NCBI GenBank assembly: GCA_964010765.1 | Contig: CAXGMD010000083.1 | Coordinates: 1-13,276 of the forward strand | Length of the DNA stretch: 13,276 nucleotides | Source: an uncultured bacterium | Lineage (GTDB): Bacteria; SAR324; NAC60-12 | Direction: 5' to 3' | Notes under the pieces: model-generated | Database searches by the model: none | What the model was told of the DNA's origin: nothing | The model's input: the letters and a program-made list of their open reading frames with translations, nothing else | Shown here: positions 1-5,972 of the stretch, in pieces | Layout of the letters: each line of letters opens with the position of its first letter | How positions within the stretch are numbered: position 1 is the stretch's first letter | Translations under genes and position numbers: made by a program

Positions 1-67
1 CGAGGTCAAATCGCTGCAGAGCAGATGGTGCTTGAGATAGCGGGGAATTTTCGCAAAATTTTGAAAC

Positions 68-328
68 TTAGACCTTCCCTTCATATAAATCAATCAAAGG
101 AAAGCAGAGTTCAAAATCATTCCAGTCTAAGTTTCCATCTATGATTTGAAATTGCTTGAACTGATCTGGATTGAGGTAGCTCTGAATCTGAGGATGCTTT
201 GATCTTCTGAGAAAAGGCTCAAAATCAACAAGGCGCTCTGTTCCATCTGAGAATTGAAGTCTCAACTGATAGCCCTGATGATAATGAGCTTCTGTCAGGT
301 CAATCACTTGCTCAATCACTTCGCTCAT
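68..328 (-). CDS. DUF2442-family protein, putative type II antitoxin (DhiA-like)
   Basis: 86 aa with family-typical motifs YQLRLQFSDGTERLVDF and DGNLDWND...DLYE; ATGA overlap with the upstream DUF4160 gene at 325-328. Confidence 0.85.
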   Translation of the reverse strand: MSEVIEQVIDLTEAHYHQGYQLRLQFSDGTERLVDFEPFLRRSKHPQIQSYLNPDQFKQFQIIDGNLDWNDFELCFPLIDLYEGKV

Positions 329-630
329 TTGACTCTCTGGTTGATAATTTCTGTAGCGATTTCTCTGTTGTAGACGAAGTAGTCAATCCATCTTTGAACA
401 ATTTGTTCCGCATAAGCTTCAACAAACTCCTGAAGCAATTGCTGCTGAACCCGATCCAGGGTCTTTCGTCCTCTTACAGTTTTTGAACGAATACCCTTGA
501 TCTCCCCATTCTGAATCAATATTTCAAATTTACTCTCTCTACCCTGATAGCGCCCATGAACATGGACGGGTTCATGCTCGTTTGAGTAGAAGAAGATGCT
601 GATTCCCAGATACTCATAAAGTTTCGGCAT
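325..630 (-). CDS. DUF4160-family protein, putative type II toxin (DhiT-like)
   Basis: MPKLYEYLGISIFFYSNEHEPVHVH is the typical DUF4160 N-terminus (EHxPxHVH) with a C-terminal W (QRW). Start moved from 666 to the ATG at 630 (101 aa), because homology to the second copy stops exactly at this ATG (3490). Confidence 0.85.
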   Translation of the reverse strand: MPKLYEYLGISIFFYSNEHEPVHVHGRYQGRESKFEILIQNGEIKGIRSKTVRGRKTLDRVQQQLLQEFVEAYAEQIVQRWIDYFVYNREIATEIINQRVK

Positions 631-673
631 GACATATATCAGATGAAGTTCAAGCAGCAAACACAAATGAGTA

Positions 674-1243
674 TCACAACTTGATCATCTGTGCCAATTC
701 CAAAGCATCTTCGTTCTCCACTCCCAGATATCTTGATGTGTTCGCAACCGACTGATGACCAAGCAGTCGACGCACCGCTTCAATGTTCTGTGTCTTCTTG
801 AAAATCACACTCGCCTTTGTCTTGCGCACTGAATGTGTTGAGCGTCTTGCTCCATCAATCCCTGCCATCACACACCACTCCTTGACCAATCTGCGATGCT
901 GAACATCTGTGATTGCTTCGCTGCCCTTGCGTCCTGTGAAGAGCCAATCTGAATTCACTTTGCTCGAGAATTCTATCCAATTTGTCAGAGCACTCTTTGT
1001 CTTCTCATCTAAGACACAACTGACCATCCTGCCCGTCTTCTTCATTTTGACTTCAATGCGCTCTCGAATCTCACCTGTCGCTTCTTGAACATCGCAGACA
1101 CGCAAGCTTCTCAAGTCACTTGTGCGAAGCATTGTATCCACACCCATGCGAAAGAGAGCTAAGTCCCGAAGCTTGTCTGTTCTTCTGCTCAGCTCCTTCT
1201 CAATCTTGCGCACCTCAGTCTCAGTAAATGGTTTCGTAATCAT
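674..1243 (-). CDS. Small tyrosine recombinase/integrase (catalytic domain only, 189 aa)
   Basis: Full catalytic set visible: LRTSDL (R), KMKKT (K), THSVRKT (HxxR), LLGH, RYL (Y). Too short to include arm-binding or SAM-like N-terminal domains. RBS-like AGAGGG at 1248-1253. Confidence 0.92.
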   Translation of the reverse strand: MITKPFTETEVRKIEKELSRRTDKLRDLALFRMGVDTMLRTSDLRSLRVCDVQEATGEIRERIEVKMKKTGRMVSCVLDEKTKSALTNWIEFSSKVNSDWLFTGRKGSEAITDVQHRRLVKEWCVMAGIDGARRSTHSVRKTKASVIFKKTQNIEAVRRLLGHQSVANTSRYLGVENEDALELAQMIKL

Positions 1244-1284
1244 GCTGCCCTCTGAATGTTTGGTTTTGACGAAATTTTGATCTG

Positions 1285-1313
1285 ATCATACTTTTGAGCC
1301 CTCTCAATCGCAA
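1285..1313 (-). promoter_or_regulatory. Putative sigma70 promoter for the recombinase(-TA) transcript
   Basis: Minus strand reads TTGCGA (1313-1308), 17-nt spacer, TATGAT (1290-1285), ~40 nt upstream of the recombinase ATG. Confidence 0.55.
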
Positions 1314-1381
1314 CTAATTGTCCGTGATTCAATTTGAAGTCTGCTCAAACTATTGTTTTTTCATGATCTTTTTTCCAGCAG

Positions 1382-1422
1382 AAGCTGAATGTTTGTTTTG
1401 GTTCAAAGCAGACATTCGGCTT
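1382..1422 (+). repeat. 19-bp inverted repeat / hairpin between the divergent recombinase and hypothetical genes
   Basis: AAGCTGAATGTTTGTTTTG-GTT-CAAAGCAGACATTCGGCTT; 16 Watson-Crick pairs plus 3 T.G pairs on the + strand. Confidence 0.8.
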
Positions 1423-1510
1423 GGTTGTGCTGGGGAAGAATTCAGCGCTCCATAAATATTCAGAAGACGCACCCCATTCAAATCTGAACAACAATCAAAA
1501 AGGAGGAGCG

Positions 1511-1963
1511 ATGCTGTCGTTCAAACAGAAACTAGAGGAAAGTCGGGTAAGTCCATATTCGTTGGGCAATATTCTGAGAGTCGTCAATGAGAAGGAGTCC
1601 TTTCGTGGATTGGTTATTTCCAACAGAGGAAGTCAAGCAGTGCTGCTTGTGTTGACAGGAGAGAACACAGGAGATTTGGTTCACACAGAGAGTCTACAAG
1701 ACTATGACATCAGCATTGTGAGTGAGATGGAGGGCAGGATGCCAGAGACTCGCTATTTCTTCCAGAAGTCAGCAGCAGAGCAGAAAATCAAGTCGATTGA
1801 ATACCACAAGAGTGAATTGAAGGAGGATATATCACGTTCAGATATTCAATTATGGTGGAGTAGAGCCAGAAAATTACGAAAGACCGAGGAAACGAATAAG
1901 AGGTTGGACTTGGTGCTGGAAATTTTGCTGAGTGAGCAGATGGAGCGAAGGCTGGTGTATTGA
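1511..1963 (+). CDS. Hypothetical protein (150 aa), divergent from the recombinase
   Basis: Strong RBS AAGGAGGAG directly before the ATG at 1511, preferred over the TTG at 1421, which lies in the hairpin. Beta-rich N-half and charged helical C-half; no recognised family. Confidence 0.7.
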   Translation: MLSFKQKLEESRVSPYSLGNILRVVNEKESFRGLVISNRGSQAVLLVLTGENTGDLVHTESLQDYDISIVSEMEGRMPETRYFFQKSAAEQKIKSIEYHKSELKEDISRSDIQLWWSRARKLRKTEETNKRLDLVLEILLSEQMERRLVY

Positions 1964-2091
1964 GAATGTAGAAGTATTTTTGATCATTATTAAAAAGAGT
2001 ATATTTGCAAAATATCTAAATTTACAATGCTGCAATTTTGAAGAATAGGGAGAGCCATCATAGACAAGAGGTCATTTTTGACTTCTTTTTT

Positions 2092-2154
2092 ATTTTTACT
2101 CCTTTATTAAACATTGGTTGCCAACAAGATAGACTTAATCTCTGGAGTAAAAAT
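2092..2154. repeat. Imperfect long hairpin between convergent genes
   Basis: ATTTTTACTCC (2092-2102) / GGAGTAAAAAT (2144-2154) perfect 11-bp arms, with inner ATTAA/TTAAT and TTGG/CCAA pairings. Confidence 0.55.
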
Positions 2155-2168
2155 GCAACCACTAATAA

Positions 2169-3032
2169 TTACTGTTTATAATTATCATCATGTACATCTA
2201 TAATCTCTTGAGCGATTGTATTAAGGTTTGTAGTAAAGCCTGTGTTATAGTTGAATGAAGATAAATCAGTCTTATAAATACTGTTTAACCAAATCATTGT
2301 TCCAGCTTCGATAACAATCTGTCCCTGGTGGCCTTTTTCATCTGTGAATATTGAACTTGATTTTGGTCCAAACATCTCAATGTCATCCAATAATTCATTA
2401 TCAAGTTTCATTTGTGCTAAATTTTTAGCAGCCCATCCCGTTGGGATGGTAAAGATTTTTGTAGACGGGAATTTTACTCTCAATTCATCCACGATTTCTT
2501 TGTGTATGATCTCGTTTATATAATAATTATAAAATTCCTGAATAGAATTGAAGCCATTGTCTAATGCGAATGTTTTCCAGTCTGGTCGTGTACTGTTTGA
2601 ATCTCCATTTGGAAAGTCAAATGAACCAATAGCGATGAAAATTATAATATTTGGATTCTTTTGTAATGCATATCGTATCCATGCACTGTGACCTTCAGTT
2701 GGATTTTCAGAATCATAACCAGACGTCATACCAAAAACTTCAATGTTGCCTTGATCCAATGTGGATTTAATCAGTTGGTGCTCCTCACTAGTTGAATCGT
2801 TCCAAAAATTAATTGGTCTTCCAAGTTCTCCACCTCTTTTGACAACAATACTGCTGTGTTCATTAAGATTTGCTTCAGTTGCTAGATTGCTGAGATGATC
2901 TGCATATGGTTTAAAAAAACTATTCCCAATCAATAGCATATTATATCCTGTTGACTCGTCTTGTGATGACATATCTCCTTTACTACAAGACAGCATGAAT
3001 AACAGGATGCATAATTTAGAAATAGTTTTCAT
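2169..3032 (-). CDS. AT-rich lipoprotein, SGNH/GDSL-hydrolase-like
   Basis: Signal peptide with lipobox-like MLSC; block-I-like LLIGNSF (nucleophile Ser) and C-terminal DEKGH (DxxxH variant of the block V His). Confidence 0.7.
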   Translation of the reverse strand: MKTISKLCILLFMLSCSKGDMSSQDESTGYNMLLIGNSFFKPYADHLSNLATEANLNEHSSIVVKRGGELGRPINFWNDSTSEEHQLIKSTLDQGNIEVFGMTSGYDSENPTEGHSAWIRYALQKNPNIIIFIAIGSFDFPNGDSNSTRPDWKTFALDNGFNSIQEFYNYYINEIIHKEIVDELRVKFPSTKIFTIPTGWAAKNLAQMKLDNELLDDIEMFGPKSSSIFTDEKGHQGQIVIEAGTMIWLNSIYKTDLSSFNYNTGFTTNLNTIAQEIIDVHDDNYKQ

Positions 3033-3161
3033 ATTAGTTGTTTAATTACTTAGATCTTAATTTAACGAAAAAAGTTTGAATTATTATCAGTGCATAAAGT
3101 CAAATCGCTCTAGAGTAAATAGTGACTGAGCTAGCGGGGATTTTTGAACAGGTTCTGAAAC

Positions 3162-3410
3162 TCAGATCTTCCCCGTGTATAAATCCATCAGAGGAAAGCA
3201 GAGTTCAAAATCATTCCAGTCCAAGTTCCCATCTACAATCTGAAATTGCTTGAACCGATCTGGATTGAGATAGCTCTGAATCTGAGGATGTTTTGACCTT
3301 CTGAGGAAATGCTCAAAGTCAACTACCCGTTCAGAACCATCCGAGAACTGAAGCGTCAACTGGTAGCCCTGATGATACTGAGCTTCTGTCAGGTCAATCA
3401 CTTCGCTCAT
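3162..3410 (-). CDS. DUF2442-family protein, second copy (putative orphan antitoxin)
   Basis: 82 aa, 72/82 identical to the 68-328 product; open frame with intact start and stop. Confidence 0.85.
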   Translation of the reverse strand: MSEVIDLTEAQYHQGYQLTLQFSDGSERVVDFEHFLRRSKHPQIQSYLNPDRFKQFQIVDGNLDWNDFELCFPLMDLYTGKI

Positions 3411-3490
3411 TTGACCCTCTGGTTGATAATTTCTGTAGCGATGGAGTAGAAGAAGACACTGATTCTCAGATACTCGTAGAGTTTTGGCAT
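3407..3490 (-). pseudogene. DUF4160 toxin remnant with in-frame 222-bp internal deletion (27-aa mini-ORF)
   Basis: Translates MPKLYEYLRISVFFYS-IATEIINQRVK*: the first 16 and last 11 residues of the 325-630 protein fused. Sequence equivalent to 361-582 is absent. Confidence 0.9.
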
Positions 3491-3520
3491 AGTCCTGTTG
3501 GGTAAAGAGATTGTCAATGA

Positions 3521-3616
3521 TTATCGCAACTTAATCATCTGCGCCAACTCCAAAGCTGCCTCATTCTCCACTCCCAGATACCTTGATGTGTTGGCAATTG
3601 ACTGATGCCCCAGCAG
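3521..3616 (-). pseudogene. 3' fragment of tyrosine recombinase
   Basis: Translates LLGHQSIANTSRYLGVENEAALELAQMIKLR*, 28/30 identical to the C-terminus of 674-1243. Homology ends abruptly at 3616, and the R, K and HxxR motifs are missing. Confidence 0.9.
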
Positions 3617-3865
3617 GAGTTCTGTCTGTAGTAGATTAGTTGAGATAAAATGGCTGCTAGTGCTAACAGCAGCGACCACAGCACTGATTGATGTGGTCGA
3701 ACAATCGCATTATGACAATGCTATTTTGTGATTGATGTGGAGAGATCTTCAGAAAATCTGATAAGTTGTGTATTGGTGTATAAAAATTCCTCTTGTTATA
3801 GATTCTTTTCAGATAATTGAAGGTGATAGTAGAATGAGGTGGACAAACCATTTCACCGACTTGTG

Positions 3866-5089
3866 ATGAGAAAAATAAAAAGTCTGTTGACCATCCTTCT
3901 TGTGTTGCTGGTCTTCAATGACGCAACTCTGTGGTCTCAAGCAAAAACCGTCATCCTTTACATCAGTGATGATGATAGCAAGAGTGGCCAAGAGTCTGAT
4001 CCAACCAGTTGGAAAACAAGCAGAAATCTGGTGAGTGACCATGAGTATGTTGGAGAAGTCAGCAACGGATTGCCGAATGGCCAGGGAACCGAGACATTTC
4101 CAAGCGGAGTAGAATACGTAGGTTTTTTCAAGGACGGCAAGAGGAACGGCCAGGGGACCATGACTTTAACCGAGGGACGAGTGTTTAGTGGCTTCTGGCG
4201 CGATGGAAAGTTCATCGGTAAAGAACCATTGGAGCAAAAGCCACCAAAAATCACATCAGCAACGCTCTACATTGGTGAGGAAAAGACCAAGAGTGGGCAG
4301 GAGTCCAATCCAGCCAGCTGGAAAACAAGTAGAAACTCAGAAAGCGACCATGAGTATGTTGGAGAAATTCGTAACGGATTGCCGAACGGAGTGGGAAGTT
4401 ATACTGATCCAGACGGCTTGAAATACGAGGGTTCTTTCAAGGATGGTAGATTCAGCGGCCAAGGAATCTCGACCTTGCCAGACGGCTTGAAGTACGAAGG
4501 TTCTTTCAAGGATGGCAAAGAGCATGGAGAGGGAACTTTGACTTTGCCAAGTGGATCAAAATACGTAGGTTCCTTCAAGAATGGATTACCTGATGGAGAA
4601 GGGAGTTATGCTGATCCAGACGGCTTGAAGTACGAGGGTTCTTTCAAGAATGGTAAATTCAATGGTCAGGGCACAAAGACATTCCCAAACGGTCAGGTAT
4701 ACACGGGTGCATTCAAGAGCGGTGAGATGCATGGTCAGGGTACATTGACCCATCCATCAGGTCAGAAATACACTGGAGAATTTCAGGACGATTGGATGCA
4801 TGGTCAGGGTACATTAACTCGTCCAGATGGCTTGAAATACGTGGGTGACTTCAAAAAAGGTAAACCGGACGGAAAAGGGACGTTCACTTTGCCAAGTGGC
4901 ATAAAGTACGTTGGGGATGTCAAGAATGGTAAAGAACACGGTCAAGGGACTCTGACTCATCCATCGGGTCAGAAATATGTTGGGGAATACAAGTACGGCA
5001 AGATAGATGGTCGGGGAACAATGACCTATCCAGACGGACGAGTAGAAAGAGGACTCTGGAAAGAAAACAAGTTTTTGGGCAATCAGTGA
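3866..5089 (+). CDS. Secreted MORN-repeat protein with two tandem modules
   Basis: Signal peptide MRKIKSLLTILLVLLVFNDATLWSQA (ATG 3866 preferred; GTG 3839 possible). Twelve 23-aa repeats YxGxFKxGxxxGxGTxTxPxG plus two capping half-repeats. Confidence 0.88.
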   Translation: MRKIKSLLTILLVLLVFNDATLWSQAKTVILYISDDDSKSGQESDPTSWKTSRNLVSDHEYVGEVSNGLPNGQGTETFPSGVEYVGFFKDGKRNGQGTMTLTEGRVFSGFWRDGKFIGKEPLEQKPPKITSATLYIGEEKTKSGQESNPASWKTSRNSESDHEYVGEIRNGLPNGVGSYTDPDGLKYEGSFKDGRFSGQGISTLPDGLKYEGSFKDGKEHGEGTLTLPSGSKYVGSFKNGLPDGEGSYADPDGLKYEGSFKNGKFNGQGTKTFPNGQVYTGAFKSGEMHGQGTLTHPSGQKYTGEFQDDWMHGQGTLTRPDGLKYVGDFKKGKPDGKGTFTLPSGIKYVGDVKNGKEHGQGTLTHPSGQKYVGEYKYGKIDGRGTMTYPDGRVERGLWKENKFLGNQ

Positions 5090-5241
5090 GGACAGATTCT
5101 GTAGATTAGAAGATCTCTTTCATTTTTTAGGGGGTGTTAAGAATCTCTTTTTCAAACTCTCTGCAAACAGTCTACTTGTTACTCCCACCGTGGACATCAG
5201 TCCTTCTTCTTTTACTGAGATGGATTCGATCCTTGAACAAG

Positions 5242-5281
5242 TACTTTTTTGGAGACTTAGAAGTACGGATCCAAAAAAGTA
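5242..5281. terminator. 12-bp perfect inverted repeat between convergent genes (possible terminator or protein-binding site)
   Basis: TACTTTTTTGGA (5242-5253) / TCCAAAAAAGTA (5270-5281) with a 16-nt spacer. Confidence 0.4.
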
Positions 5282-5375
5282 GCAGGGCAATTGGCTAAGA
5301 AATTACTTGCCTAGAGTGATCACAGTGGCCCAATTTCCGAAGAAATATTTGGGAATTTCTGGGACCTCCAAACCG

Positions 5376-5801
5376 CTACTCCACAAACCGCTCCAAGCAA
5401 TCCTGGTGGATGAATTGTCCAAAAGCAATAGCAATCTCTGAGTCTCTTTTGCGATCCCTCCATTTCTGATAGTAGTTGGGAGCTGCATCCACTACGGAGT
5501 TACCCATTGATTTTGTACGAGATTCCCAAATCGCTTTCTCTCCTCTCTTAGCTACCTTCATCGCCTTCAAGGAAGTTCTGAACTCACCCAACGAACCACC
5601 TGCTTGGTGCGTCTGCATCACCATCCGTGCAAAGCCTCCCAGCCGATTACATGTGTCCGATTTTAAGTCTGGCGAATCTTGATTGCTGAAGGCAGCAGCA
5701 GAGCTCAGTAAAAGAATACTCGCTGTGATCCCAAAATATGTAACAAATTTGTTATTTATAAGACTATTTTGATACTGTAATCGGATGTTTTTTGTGAGCA
5801 T
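5376..5801 (-). CDS. Hypothetical exported protein
   Basis: 141 aa; hydrophobic signal-like stretch ending AAAFS; mature region helical with one Cys near each end (DTC...DCL), suggesting a disulfide. Start uncertain. Confidence 0.65.
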   Translation of the reverse strand: MLTKNIRLQYQNSLINNKFVTYFGITASILLLSSAAAFSNQDSPDLKSDTCNRLGGFARMVMQTHQAGGSLGEFRTSLKAMKVAKRGEKAIWESRTKSMGNSVVDAAPNYYQKWRDRKRDSEIAIAFGQFIHQDCLERFVE

Positions 5802-5972
5802 AAGACGCCTTTGGGGTTAAGTAGCAACAACGCTGAGAGTCTGTATAACTTTGCCCAGTAGGGAAACTGGAACCACAAACTTGATACTAACCGGCAGTTC
5901 TATGGGGTTCCAGTCGCTTTCGATCAATCCTACTTTGGTCTATCAGGACTACCAGTGTATGCGATGGAAGAC

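Larger units (their letters stand above)
5..766. repeat. Copy 1 of a dispersed direct repeat (homologous to 3099-3616)
   Basis: Hand alignment: 5-67 vs 3099-3161 (47/63, ungapped), 68-360 vs 3162-3442 (one 12-bp indel), 583-630 vs 3443-3490, 674-766 vs 3524-3616 (79/93). Confidence 0.95.
5..1313 (-). mobile_element. Putative minimal integrative module: promoter + tyrosine recombinase + DUF4160/DUF2442 toxin-antitoxin pair + conserved non-coding tail (intact copy 1)
   Basis: Three co-oriented, closely packed genes; the same gene order recurs in decayed form at 3099-3616. The true element ends are not established, and the left end may run past the window edge. Confidence 0.55.
3099..3616 (-). 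mobile_element. Decayed second copy of the recombinase-TA module
   Basis: Same order as 5-766: conserved tail, intact DUF2442 gene, internally deleted DUF4160 gene, 3' fragment of the recombinase. Confidence 0.8.

Noticed and set aside
1..144. Open + strand frame entering from the left edge (RGQIAAEQMVLEIAGNF...)
   Set aside because: It overlaps the antitoxin antisense, and the homologous frame in copy 2 has a stop; no support as a gene.
631..666. N-terminal extension MCLLLELHLIYV of the DUF4160 ORF
   Set aside because: The family-typical start is MPK, and homology with copy 2 stops at the ATG at 630.
674..1243. Calling the recombinase XerC/XerD or an integron integrase (IntI)
   Set aside because: Too short, with no N-terminal domain and no room for the IntI-specific insertion before HxxR.
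48..1280. TTTTnnCnAAATTTTGA at 48-64 and 1264-1280, bracketing the three-gene module as possible attL/attR
   Set aside because: Only 14/17 matches of low-complexity A/T sequence, and poorly conserved in copy 2 (3142-3158).
1421..1510. TTG-started extension of the 180-aa ORF
   Set aside because: The start lies within the hairpin; a strong RBS precedes ATG 1511.
3663..4525. Short ORFs 3663-3851, 3809-4042, 3958-4254, 4188-4421 and 4337-4525
   Set aside because: Antisense or alternate-frame shadows of the MORN gene or its AT-rich upstream region; no motifs.
4400..5040. Regular 69-bp periodic repeats resembling a CRISPR array
   Set aside because: They are in-frame MORN coding repeats with codon-position variation; no unique spacers or cas genes.
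3631..5109. GTAGATTAG at 3631-3639 and 5101-5109 flanking the MORN gene as a possible target-site duplication
   Set aside because: A 9-bp match is plausible by chance; there are no terminal inverted repeats or transposase.
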